Origin: Azolla caroliniana | Taxonomy: Eukaryota; Plantae; Polypodiophyta | Assembly (NCBI GenBank): GCA_043228905.1 | Contig: JBHGNT010000021.1 | Span: 124,001 to 188,000, forward strand | Length of the DNA stretch: 64,000 bases | Reading direction: 5' to 3' | Shown: positions 1 through 13,300 of the stretch, one piece after another | How the letters are laid out: each line of letters begins with the position of its first letter | Position numbering within the stretch: the stretch's first letter is position 1 | Made by a program: the position numbers and the translations under genes | The notes under the pieces: model-generated | Told to the model about the DNA's origin: nothing | Seen by the model: only the letters and a program-made list of their open reading frames with translations | The model's database searches: none

Positions 1-3000
1 CACTCGCTAGGTATGACCATTTTAATTTACTCAAGGGCTCCTCTCAACTCACTCCTCAAATTTGCTAATTCCGTCATGACTCTCGACCTGAGTTTCAAAA
101 TCTTGCTTTTTTAATTCTAGATCATAGCTAGCGTTGTTAGGTTTGATTCGCATGTTTGAACACAAAATTCCGATATCACACTCGCTAGGTATGAACATTT
201 TTATTTACTCAAGGGCCCCTCTCAACTCCCTCCTCAAATTTGGTAATTTCGTCATGTCTCTCGACCTTAGTTTCAAAATCTTGATTTTTTAATTCCATAT
301 CATAGCTAGCGTTGTTAGCTTCGATTCGCATGTTTGTACACAAAAATCCGATATCACACTCGCTATGTATGAACATTTTAATTTACTCAAGGGCTCCTCT
401 CAACTCACTCCTCAAATTTGGTAATTTCGTCATGTCTCTCGACCTGAGTGTCAAAATCTTGATTTTTTAATTCTATATCATAGCTAGCGTTGTTAGCTTC
501 GATTCGCATGTTTGAACACAAAAATCCGATATCACACGAGCCAGGTATGAACATTTTAATTTACCTAATAGCTCTTCTTAACTCCCTCCTCAAATTTGGT
601 AATTTCGTCATGTCTCTCGACCTGAGTTTCATAATCTTGATATTTTAATTCCATGTCATAGCTAGCGTTGTTAGCTTCGATTCGCATGTTTGTACACAAA
701 AATCCGATATCACACTCGCTAGGTATGACCATTTTAATTTACTCAAGGGCTCCTCTCAACTCACTCCTCAAATTTGCTAATTTCGTCATGTCTCTCGACC
801 TGAGTTTCAAAATCTTGATTTTTTAATTGCATATCATAGCTAGCGTTGTTGGCTTCGATTCGCATGTTTGAACACAAAAATCGGATATCACAATCGCTAG
901 GTATGACCATTTTAATATACTCAAGGGCTCATCTCAACTCACTCCTCAAAGTTGGTAATTTCGTCATGTCTCTCGACCTGAGTTTCAAAATCTTGATTTT
1001 TTAAGTCCATATCATAGCTAGCGTTGTTAGCTTCGATTCGCATGTTTGAACACAAAAATCCGATATCACACGAGCCAGGTATGAACATTTTAATTCACTC
1101 ACGCGCTCTTCCAACCTCACTCCTCAAATTTGGTAATTTCGTCATGTCTCTCGCCTGGAGTTTCAAAATCTTGATTTTGTAATTCCATATCATAGCTAGC
1201 GTTGTTAGCTTCGATTCGCATGTTTGAACACTAAAATCCGATATCACACGAGCTAGGTATGAACATTTTTATTTACTCAAGGGCTCCTCTCAACTCACTC
1301 CTCAAATTTGCTAATTTCGTCATGTCTCTCGACCTGAGTTTCAAAATCTTGATTTTTCAATTCCATATCATAGCTAGCGTTGTTAGCTTCGATTCGCATG
1401 TTTGTACACAAAATTCCGATATCACACTCGCTAGGTATGAACATTTTAATTTACTCAAGGGCTTCTCTCAACTCACTCCTCAAATTTGCTAATTTCGTCA
1501 TGTCTCTCGACCTGAGTTTCAAAATCTTGATTTTTCAATTCCATATGATAGCTAGCGTTGTTAGCTTCGATTCGCATGTTTGTACACAAAAATCCGATAT
1601 CACACTCGCTAGGTATGACCCTTTTAATTTACTCAAGGGCTCCTCTCAACTCACTCCTCAAATTTGCTAATTCCGTCATGACTCTCGACCTGAGTTTCAA
1701 AATCTTGCTTTTTTAATTCTAGATCATAGCTAGCGTTGTTAGGTTTGATTCGCATGTTTGAACACAAAATTCCGATATCACACTCGCTAGGTATGAACAT
1801 TTTAATTTACTCAAGGGCCCCTCTCAACTCCCTCCTCAAATTTGGTAATTTCGTCATGTCTCTCGACCTTAGTTTCAAAATCTTGATTTTTTAATTCCAT
1901 ATCATAGCTAGCGTTGTTGGCTTCGAATCGCATGTTTGAACACAAAAATCCGATATCACACGAGCCAGGTATGAACATTTTAATTCACTCACGCGCTCTT
2001 CCAACCTCACTCCTCAAATTTGGTAATTTCGTCATGTCTCTCGCCTGGAGTTTCAAAATCTTGATTTTGTAATTCCATATCATAGCTAGCGTTGTTAGCT
2101 TCGATTCGCATGTTTGAACACAAAAATCCGATATCACACGAGCTAGGTATGAACATTTTTATTTACTCAAGGGCTCCTCTCAACTCACTCCTCAAATTTG
2201 CTAATTTCGTCATGTCTCTCGACCTGAGTTTCAAAATCTTGATTTTTCAATTCCATATCATAGCTAGCGTTGTTAGCTTCGATTCGCATGTTTGTACACA
2301 AAATTCCGATATCACACTCGCTAGGTATGAACATTTTAATTTACTCAAGGGCTTCTCTCAACTCACTCCTCAAATTTGCTAATTTCGTCATGTCTCTCGA
2401 CCTGAGTTTCAAAATCTTGATTTTTCAATTCCATATGATAGCTAGCGTTGTTAGCTTCGATTCGCATGTTTGTACACAAAAATCCGATATCACACTCGCT
2501 AGGTATGACCCTTTTAATTTACTCAAGGGCTCCTCTCAACTCACTCCTCAAATTTGGTAATTTCGTCATGTCTCTCGACCTGAGTGTCAAAATCTTGATT
2601 TTTTAATTCTATATCATAGCTAGCGTTGTTAGCTTCGATTCGCATGTTTGAACACAAAAATCCGATATCACACGAGCCAGGTATGAACATTTTAATTTAC
2701 CTAATAGCTCTTCTTAACTCCCTCCTCAAATTTGGTAATTTCGTCATGTCTCTCGACCTGAGTTTCAAAATCTTGATTTTTTAATTCCATGTCATAGCTA
2801 GCGTTGTTAGCTTCGATTCGCATGTTTGTACACAAAAATCCGATATCACACTCGCTAGGTATGACCATTTTAATTTACTCAAGGGCTCCTCTCAACTCAC
2901 TCCTCAAATTTGCTAATTTCGTCATGTCTCTCGACCTGAGTTTCAAAATCTTGATTTTTTAATTGCATATCATAGCTAGCGTTGTTGGCTTTGATTCGCA

Positions 3001-3840
3001 TGTTTGAACACAAAAATCCGATATCACACTCGCTAGGTATGACCATTTTAATATACTCAAGGGCTCATCTCAACTCACTCCTCAAAGTTGGTAATTTCGT
3101 CATGTCTCTCGACCTGAGTTTCAAAATCTTGATTTTTTAAGTCCATATCATAGCTAGCGTTGTTAGCTTCGATTCGCATGTTTGAACAGAAAAATCCGAT
3201 ATCACACGAGCCAGGTATGAACATTTTAATTCACTCACGCGCTCTTCCAACCTCACTCCTCAAATTTGGTAATTTCGTCATGTCTCTCGCCTGGAGTTTC
3301 AAAATCTTGATTTTGTAATTCCATATCATAGCTAGCGTTGTTAGCTTCGATTCGCATGTTTGAACACAAAAATCCGATATCACACGAGCTAGGTATGAAC
3401 ATTTTTATTTACTCAAGGGCTCCTCTCAACTCACTCCTCAAATTTGGTAATTTCGTCATGTCTCTCGACCTGAGTTTCAAAATCTTGATTTTTCAATTCC
3501 ATATCATAGCTAGCGTTGTTAGCTTCGATTCGCATGTTTGTACACAAAATTCCGATATCACACTCGCTAGGTATGAACATTTTAATTTACTCAAGGGCTT
3601 CTCTCAACTCACTCCTCAAATTTGCTAATTTCGTCATGTCTCTCGACCTGAGTTTCAAAATCTTGATTTTTTAATTGCATATCATTGCTAGCGTTGTTGG
3701 CTTCGATTCGCATGTTTGAACACAAAAATCCGATATCACACTCGCTAGGTATGACCATTTTAATATACTCAAGGGCTCATCTCAACTCACTCCTCAAAGT
3801 TGGTAATTTCGTCATGTCTCTCGACCTGAGTTTCAAAATC
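1..3840 (+). repeat. Satellite family A, 178-bp monomers (continues from upstream of the window)
   Basis: Head-to-tail units of TCATAGCTAGCGTTGTTAGCTTCGATTCGCATGTTTG(A/T)ACACAAAAATCCGATATCACAC...CTCCTCAAATTTG(C/G)TAATTTCGTCATGTCTCTCGACCTGAGTTTCAAAATCTTG. Spurious ORFs recur at a 178-bp offset (2092/2270). Confidence 0.98.
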
Positions 3841-4382
3841 GCATTTTTAAACCCAAAAATCGGATATCACAAGAGTCATCTATGAACATTTTCATTCATT
3901 GAGGAACCCTTGTCTATGCCTTCCTCAAATTTGCTTTTCTATTCATTTCTGTTCACCTTAGTTACAAAATCATCATTTTTCAATTCCATACCATGGCTAG
4001 TTTCGTTACCTTCTATTCGCATGTTTAAACCCAAACATCGGATATCACACGAGCCATCTATGAACATTTTGATTCATTGACGAGCTCTTGACTACGCCTT
4101 CCTAAAATTTGCTTTTTTGTTCATGTCTCTCGACCTGAGTTTCAAAATCATGATTTTTGAATTCCATATCATAGCTAGATACGTTACCTTCGATTCTCAA
4201 GTTTAAACACGAAAATACGATATTACACGAGCCATCGATGAACATTTTCATTCATTGACAAGCTCTTGTGTACGCCTTCCTCAAATTTGCTTTTTTGTTC
4301 ATGTCTTTCGGTCTTAGTTTCCAAATCATGATTTTTGAATTCCATATCATACCTAGATTTATTACCTTCGATTCGCATGTTT
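3841..4382 (+). repeat. Three family-B monomers inserted inside the family-A array
   Basis: Near-identical to 30331-30872 (offset 26,490), starting GCATTTTTAAACCCAAAAATCGGATATCACAAGAGTCATC. Confidence 0.95.
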
Positions 4383-7300
4383 GAACACAAAAATCCGATA
4401 TCATGTCTCTCGCCTGGAGTTTCGTCATGTCTCTCGCCTGGAGTTTCAAAATCTTGATTTTGTAATTCCATATCATAGCTAGCGTTGTTAGCTTCGATTC
4501 GCATGTTTGAACACAAAAATCCGATATCACACGAGCTAGGTATGAACATTTTTATTTACTCAAGGGCTCCTCTCAACTCACTCCTCAAATTTGCTAATTT
4601 CGTCATGTCTCTCGACCTGAGTTTCAAAATCTTGATTTTTCAATTCCATATGATAGCTAGCGTTGTTAGCTTCGATTCGCATGTTTGTACACAAAATTCC
4701 GATATCACACTCGCTAGGTATGAACATTTTAATTTACTCAAGGGCTTCTCTCAACTCACTCCTCAAATTTGGTAATTTCGTCATGTCTCTCGACCTGAGT
4801 TTCAAAATCTTGATTTTTCAATTCCATATGATAGCTAGCGTTGTTAGCTTCGATTCGCATGTTTGTACACAAAAATCCGATATCACACTCGCTAGGTATG
4901 ACCATTTTAATTTACTCAAGGGCTCCTCTCAACTCACTCCTCAAATTTGCTAATTCCGTCATGACTCTCGACCTGAGTTTCAAAATCTTGCTTTTTTAAT
5001 TCTAGATCATAGCTAGCGTTGTTAGGTTTGATTCGCATGTTTGAACACAAAATTCCGATATCACACGAGCTAGGTATGAACATTTTTATTTACTCAAGGG
5101 CTCCTCTCAACTCCCTCCTCAAATTTGGTAATTTCGTCATGTCTCTCGACCTTAGTTTCAAAATCTTGATTTTTTAATTCCATATCATAGCTAGCGTTGT
5201 TAGCTTCGATTCGCATGTTTGTACACAAAAATCCGATATCACACTCGCTATGTATGAACATTTTAATTTACTCAAGGGCTCCTCTCAACTCACTCCTCAA
5301 ATTTGCTAATTTCGTCATGTCTCTCGACCTGAGTTTCAAAATCTTGATTTTTCAATTCCATATCATAGCTAGCGTTGTTAGCTTCGATTCGCATGTTTGT
5401 ACACAAAATTCCGATATCACACTCGCTAGGTATGAACATTTTAATTTACTCAAGGGCTTCTCTCAACTCACTCCTCAAATTTGCTAATTTCGTCATGTCT
5501 CTCGACCTGAGTTTCAAAATCTTGATTTTTCAATTCCATATGATAGCTAGCGTTGTTAGCTTCGATTCGCATGTTTGTACACAAAAATCCGATATCACAC
5601 TCGCTAGGTATGACCATTTTAATTTACTCAAGGGCTCCTCTCAACTCACTCCTCAAATTTGCTAATTCCGTCATGACTCTCGACCTGAGTTTCAAAATCT
5701 TGCTTTTTTAATTCTAGATCATAGCTAGCGTTGTTAGGTTTGATTCGCATGTTTGAACACAAAATTCCGATATCACACGAGCTAGGTATGAACATTTTTA
5801 TTTACTCAAGGGCTCCTCTCAACTCCCTCCTCAAATTTGGTAATTACGTCATGTCTCTCGACCTTAGTTTCAAAATCTTGATTTTTTAATTCCATATCAT
5901 AGCTAGCGTTGTTAGCTTCGATTCGCATGTTTGTACACAAAAATCCGATATCACACTCGCTATGTATGAACATTTTAATTTACTCAAGGGCTCCTCTCAA
6001 CTCACTCCTCAAATTTGGTAATTTCGTCATGTCTCTCGACCTGAGTGTCAAAATCTTGATTTTTTAATTCTATATCATAGCTAGCGTTGTTAGCTTCGAT
6101 TCGCATGTTTGAACACAAAAATCCGATATCACACGAGCCAGGTATGAACATTTTAATTTACCTAATAGCTCTTCTTAACTCCCTCCTCAAATTTGGTAAT
6201 TTCGTCATGTCTCTCGACCTGAGTTTCATAATCTTGATTTTTTAATTCCATGTCATAGCTAGCGTTGTTAGCTTCGATTCGCATGTTTGTACACAAAAAT
6301 CCGATATCACACGAGCTAGGTATGAACATTTTTATTTACTCAAGGGCTCCTCTCAACTCACTCCTCAAATTTGCTAATTTCGTCATGTCTCTCGACCTGA
6401 GTTTCAAAATCTTGATTTTTCAATTCCATATCATAGCTAGCGTTGTTAGCTTCGATTCGCATGTTTGTACACAAAATTCCGATATCACACTCGCTAGGTA
6501 TGAACATTTTAATTTACTCAAGGGCTTCTCTCAACTCACTCCTCAAATTTGCTAATTTCGTCATGTCTCTTGACCTGAGTTTCAAAATCTTGACTTTTCA
6601 ATTCCATATGATAGCTAGCGTTGTTAGCTTCGATTCGCATGTTTGTACACAAAAATCCGATATCACACTCGCTAGGTATGACCATTTTAATTTACTCAAG
6701 GGCTCCTCTCAACTCACTCCTCAAATTTGCTAATTCCGTCATGACTCTCGACCTGAGTTTCAAAATCTTGCTTTTTTAATTCTAGATCATAGCTAGCGTT
6801 GTTAGGTTTGATTCGCATGTTTGAACACAAAATTCCGATATCACACGAGCTAGGTATGAACATTTTTATTTACTCAAGGGCTCCTCTCAACTCCCTCCTC
6901 AAATTTGGTAATTTCGTCATGTCTCTCGACCTTAGTTTCAAAATCTTGATTTTTTAATTCCATATCATAGCTAGCGTTGTTAGCTTCGATTCGCATGTTT
7001 GTACACAAAAATCCGATATCACACTCGCTATGTATGAACATTTTAATTTACTCAAGGGCTCCTCTCAACTCACTCCTCAAATTTGCTAATTTCGTCATGT
7101 CTCTCGACCTGAGTTTCAAAATCTTGATTTTTCAATTCCATATCATAGCTAGCGTTGTTAGCTTCGATTCGCATGTTTGTACACAAAATTCCGATATCAC
7201 ACTCGCTAGGTATGAACATTTTAATTTACTCAAGGGCTTCTCTCAACTCACTCCTCAAATTTGCTAATTTCGTCATGTCTCTCGACCTGAGTTTCAAAAT

Positions 7301-10300
7301 CTTGATTTTTCAATTCCATATGATAGCTAGCGTTGTTAGCTTCGATTCGCATGTTTGTACACAAAAATCCGATATCACACTCGCTAGGTATGACCATTTT
7401 AATTTACTCAAGGGCTCCTCTCAACTCACTCCTCAAATTTGCTAATTCCGTCATGACTCTCGACCTGAGTTTCAAAATCTTGCTTTTTTAATTCTAGATC
7501 ATAGCTAGCGTTGTTAGGTTTGATTCGCATGTTTGAACACAAAATTCCGATATCACACGAGCTAGGTATGAACATTTTTATTTACTCAAGGGCTCCTCTC
7601 AACTCCCTCCTCAAATTTGGTAATTACGTCATGTCTCTCGACCTTAGTTTCAAAATCTTGATTTTTTAATTCCATATCATAGCTAGCGTTGTTAGCTTCG
7701 ATTCGCATGTTTGTACACAAAAATCCGATATCACACTCGCTATGTATGAACATTTTAATTTACTCAAGGGCTCCTCTCAACTCACTCCTCAAATTTGGTA
7801 ATTTCGTCATGTCTCTCGACCTGAGTGTCAAAATCTTGATTTTTTAATTCTATATCATAGCTAGCGTTGTTAGCTTCGATTCGCATGTTTGAACACAAAA
7901 ATCCGATATCACACGAGCCAGGTATGAACATTTTAATTTACCTAATAGCTCTTCTTAACTCCCTCCTCAAATTTGGTAATTTCGTCATGTCTCTCGACCT
8001 GAGTTTCATAATCTTGATTTTTTAATTCCATGTCATAGCTAGCGTTGTTAGCTTCGATTCGCATGTTTGTACACAAAAATCCGATATCACACGAGCTAGG
8101 TATGAACATTTTTATTTACTCAAGGGCTCCTCTCAACTCACTCCTCAAATTTGCTAATTTCGTCATGTCTCTCGACCTGAGTTTCAAAATCTTGATTTTT
8201 CAATTCCATATCATAGCTAGCGTTGTTAGCTTCGATTCGCATGTTTGTACACAAAATTCCGATATCACACTCGCTAGGTATGAACATTTTAATTTACTCA
8301 AGGGCTTCTCTCAACTCACTCCTCAAATTTGCTAATTTCGTCATGTCTCTTGACCTGAGTTTCAAAATCTTGACTTTTCAATTCCATATGATAGCTAGCG
8401 TTGTTAGCTTCGATTCGCATGTTTGTACACAAAAATCCGATATCACACTCGCTAGGTATGACCATTTTAATTTACTCAAGGGCTCCTCTCAACTCACTCC
8501 TCAAATTTGCTAATTCCGTCATGACTCTCGACCTGAGTTTCAAAATCTTGCTTTTTTAATTCTAGATCATAGCTAGCGTTGTTAGGTTTGATTCGCATGT
8601 TTGAACACAAAATTCCGATATCACACGAGCTAGGTATGAACATTTTTATTTACTCAAGGGCTCCTCTCAACTCCCTCCTCAAATTTGGTAATTACGTCAT
8701 GTCTCTCGACCTTAGTTTCAAAATCTTGATTTTTTAATTCCATATCATAGCTAGCGTTGTTAGCTTCGATTCGCATGTTTGTACACAAAAATCCGATATC
8801 ACACTCGCTATGTATGAACATTTTAATTTACTCAAGGGCTCCTCTCAACTCACTCCTCAAATTTGGTAATTTCGTCATGTCTCTCGACCTGAGTGTCAAA
8901 ATCTTGATTTTTTAATTCTATATCATAGCTAGCGTTGTTAGCTTCGATTCGCATGTTTGAACACAAAAATCCGATATCACACGAGCCAGGTATGAACATT
9001 TTAATTTACCTAATAGCTCTTCTTAACTCCCTCCTCAAATTTGGTAATTTCGTCATGTCTCTCGACCTGAGTTTCATAATCTTGATTTTTTAATTCCATG
9101 TCATAGCTAGCGTTGTTAGCTTCGATTCGCATGTTTGTACACAAAAATCCGATATCACACGAGCTAGGTATGAACATTTTTATTTACTCAAGGGCTCCTC
9201 TCAACTCACTCCTCAAATTTGCTAATTTCGTCATGTCTCTCGACCTGAGTTTCAAAATCTTGATTTTTCAATTCCATATCATAGCTAGCGTTGTTAGCTT
9301 CGATTCGCATGTTTGTACACAAAATTCCGATATCACACTCGCTAGGTATGAACATTTTAATTTACTCAAGGGCTTCTCTCAACTCACTCCTCAAATTTGC
9401 TAATTTCGTCATGTCTCTCGACCTGAGTTTCAAAATCTTGATTTTTCAATTCCATATGATAGCTAGCGTTGTTAGCTTCGATTCGCATGTTTGTACACAA
9501 AAATCCGATATCACACTCGCTAGGTATGACCATTTTAATTTACTCAAGGGCTCCTCTCAACTCACTCCTCAAATTTGCTAATTCCGTCATGACTCTCGAC
9601 CTGAGTTTCAAAATCTTGCTTTTTTAATTCTAGATCATAGCTAGCGTTGTTAGGTTTGATTCGCATGTTTGAACACAAAATTCCGATATCACACTCGCTA
9701 GGTATGAACATTTTTATTTACTCAAGGGCCCCTCTCAACTCCCTCCTCAAATTTGGTAATTTCGTCATGTCTCTCGACCTTAGTTTCAAAATCTTGATTT
9801 TTTAATTCCATATCATAGCTAGCGTTGTTAGCTTCGATTCGCATGTTTGTACACAAAAATCCGATATCACACTCGCTATGTATGAACATTTTAATTTACT
9901 CAAGGGCTCCTCTCAACTCACTCCTCAAATTTGGTAATTTCGTCATGTCTCTCGACCTGAGTGTCAAAATCTTGATTTTTTAATTCTATATCATAGCTAG
10001 CGTTGTTAGCTTCGATTCGCATGTTTGAACACAAAAATCCGATATCACACGAGCCAGGTATGAACATTTTAATTTACCTAATAGCTCTTCTTAACTCCCT
10101 CCTCAAATTTGGTAATTTCGTCATGTCTCTCGACCTGAGTTTCATAATCTTGATTTTTTAATTCCATGTCATAGCTAGCGTTGTTAGCTTCGATTCGCAT
10201 GTTTGTACACAAAAATCCGATATCACACGAGCTAGGTATGAACATTTTTATTTACTCAAGGGCTCCTCTCAACTCACTCCTCAAATTTGCTAATTTCGTC

Positions 10301-13300
10301 ATGTCTCTCGACCTGAGTTTCAAAATCTTGATTTTTCAATTCCATATCATAGCTAGCGTTGTTAGCTTCGATTCGCATGTTTGTACACAAAATTCCGATA
10401 TCACACTCGCTAGGTATGACCATTTTAATTTACTCAAGGGCTCCTCTCAACTCACTCCTCAAATTTGCTAATTCCGTCATGACTCTCGACCTGAGTTTCA
10501 AAATCTTGCTTTTTTAATTCTAGATCATAGCTAGCGTTGTTAGGTTTGATTCGCATGTTTGAACACAAAATTCCGATATCACACGAGCTAGGTATGAACA
10601 TTTTTATTTACTCAAGGGCTCCTCTCAACTCCCTCCTCAAATTTGGTAATTACGTCATGTCTCTCGACCTTAGTTTCAAAATCTTGATTTTTTAATTCCA
10701 TATCATAGCTAGCGTTGTTAGCTTCGATTCGCATGTTTGTACACAAAAATCCGATATCACACTCGCTAGGTATGAACATTTTAATTTACTCAAGGGCTCC
10801 TCTCAACTCACTCCTCAAATTTGGTAATTTCGTCATGTCTCTCGACCTGAGTGTCAAAATCTTGATTTTTTAATTCTATATCATAGCTAGCGTTGTTAGC
10901 TTCGATTCGCATGTTTGAACACAAAAATCCGATATCACACGAGCCAGGTATGAACATTTTAATTTACCTAATAGCTCTTCTTAACTCCCTCCTCAAATTT
11001 GGTAATTTCGTCATGTCTCTCGACCTGAGTTTCATAATCTTGATTTTTTAATTCCATGTCATAGCTAGCGTTGTTAGCTTCGATTCGCATGTTTGTACAC
11101 AAAAATCCGATATCACACGAGCTAGGTATGAACATTTTTATTTACTCAAGGGCTCCTCTCAACTCACTCCTCAAATTTGCTAATTTCGTCATGTCTCTCG
11201 ACCTGAGTTTCAAAATCTTGATTTTTCAATTCCATATCATAGCTAGCGTTGTTAGCTTCGATTCGCATGTTTGTACACAAAATTCCGATATCACACTCGC
11301 TAGGTATGAACATTTTAATTTACTCAAGGGCTTCTCTCAACTCACTCCTCAAATTTGCTAATTTCGTCATGTCTCTCGACCTGAGTTTCAAAATCTTGAT
11401 TTTTCAATTCCATATGATAGCTAGCGTTGTTAGCTTCGATTCGCATGTTTGTACACAAAAATCCGATATCACACTCGCTAGGTATGACCATTTTAATTTA
11501 CTCAAGGGCTCCTCTCAACTCACTCCTCAAATTTGCTAATTCCGTCATGACTCTCGACCTGAGTTTCAAAATCTTGCTTTTTTAATTCTAGATCATAGCT
11601 AGCGTTGTTAGGTTTGATTCGCATGTTTGAACACAAAATTCCGATATCACACTCGCTAGGTATGAACATTTTTATTTACTCAAGGGCCCCTCTCAACTCC
11701 CTCCTCAAATTTGGTATTTTCGTCATGTCTCTCGACCTTAGTTTCAAAATCTTGATTTTTTAATTCCATATCATAGCTAGCGTTGTTAGCTTCGATTCGC
11801 ATGTTTGTACACAAAAATCCGATATCACACTCGCTATGTATGAACATTTTAATTTACTCAAGGGCTCCTCTCAACTCACTCCTCAAATTTGGTAATTTCG
11901 TCATGTCTCTCGACCTGAGTGTCAAAATCTTGATTTTTTAATTCTATATCATAGCTAGCGTTGTTAGCTTCGATTCGCATGTTTGAACACAAAAATCCGA
12001 TATCACACGAGCCAGGTATGAACATTTTAATTTACCTAATAGCTCTTCTTAACTCCCTCCTCAAATTTGGTAATTTCGTCATGTCTCTCGACCTGAGTTT
12101 CATAATCTTGATTTTTTAATTCCATGTCATAGCTAGCGTTGTTAGCTTCGATTCGCATGTTTGTACACAAAAATCCGATATCACACTCGCTAGGTATGAC
12201 CATTTTAATTTACTCAAGGGCTCCTCTCAACTCACTCCTCAAATTTGCTAATTTCGTCATGTCTCTCGACCTGAGTTTCAAAATCTTGATTTTTTAATTG
12301 CATATCATAGCTAGCGTTGTTGGCTTCGATTCGCATGTTTGAACACAAAAATCCGATATCACACTCGCTAGGTATGACCATTTTAATATACTCAAGGGCT
12401 CATCTCAACTCACTCCTCATAGTTGGTAATTTCGTCATGTCTCTCGACCTGAGTTTCAAAATCTTGATTTTTTAAGTCCATATCATAGCTAGCGTTGTGA
12501 GCTTCGATTCGCATGTTTGAACACAAAAATCCGATATCACACGAGCCAGGTATGAACATTTTAATTCACTCACGCGCTCTTCCAACCTCACTCCTCAAAT
12601 TTGGTAATTTCGTCATGTCTCTCGCCTGGAGTTTCAAAATCTTGATTTTGTAATTCCATATCATAGCTAGCGTTGTTAGCTTCGATTCGCATGTTTGAAC
12701 ACAAAAATCCGATATCACACGAGCTAGGTATGAACATTTTTATTTACTCAAGGGCTCCTCTCAACTCACTCCTCAAATTTGCTAATTTCGTCATGTCTCT
12801 CGACCTGAGTTTCAAAATCTTGATTTTTCAATTCCATATGATAGCTAGCGTTGTTAGCTTCGATTCGCATGTTTGTACACAAAATTCCGATATCACACTC
12901 GCTAGGTATGAACATTTTAATTTACTCAAGGGCTTCTCTCAACTCACTCCTCAAATTTGGTAATTTCGTCATGTCTCTCGACCTGAGTTTCAAAATCTTG
13001 ATTTTTTAAGTCCATATCATAGCTAGCGTTGTTAGCTTCGATTCGCATGTTTGAACACAAAAATCCGATATCACACGAGCTAGGTATGAACATTTTTATT
13101 TACTCAAGGGCTCCTCTCAACTCACTCCTCAAATTTGCTAATTTCGTCATGTCTCTCGACCTGAGTTTCAAAATCTTGATTTTTCAATTCCATATCATAG
13201 CTAGCGTTGTTAGCTTCGATTCGCATGTTTGTACACAAAATTCCGATATCACACTCGCTAGGTATGAACATTTTAATTTACTCAAGGGCTTCTCTCAACT

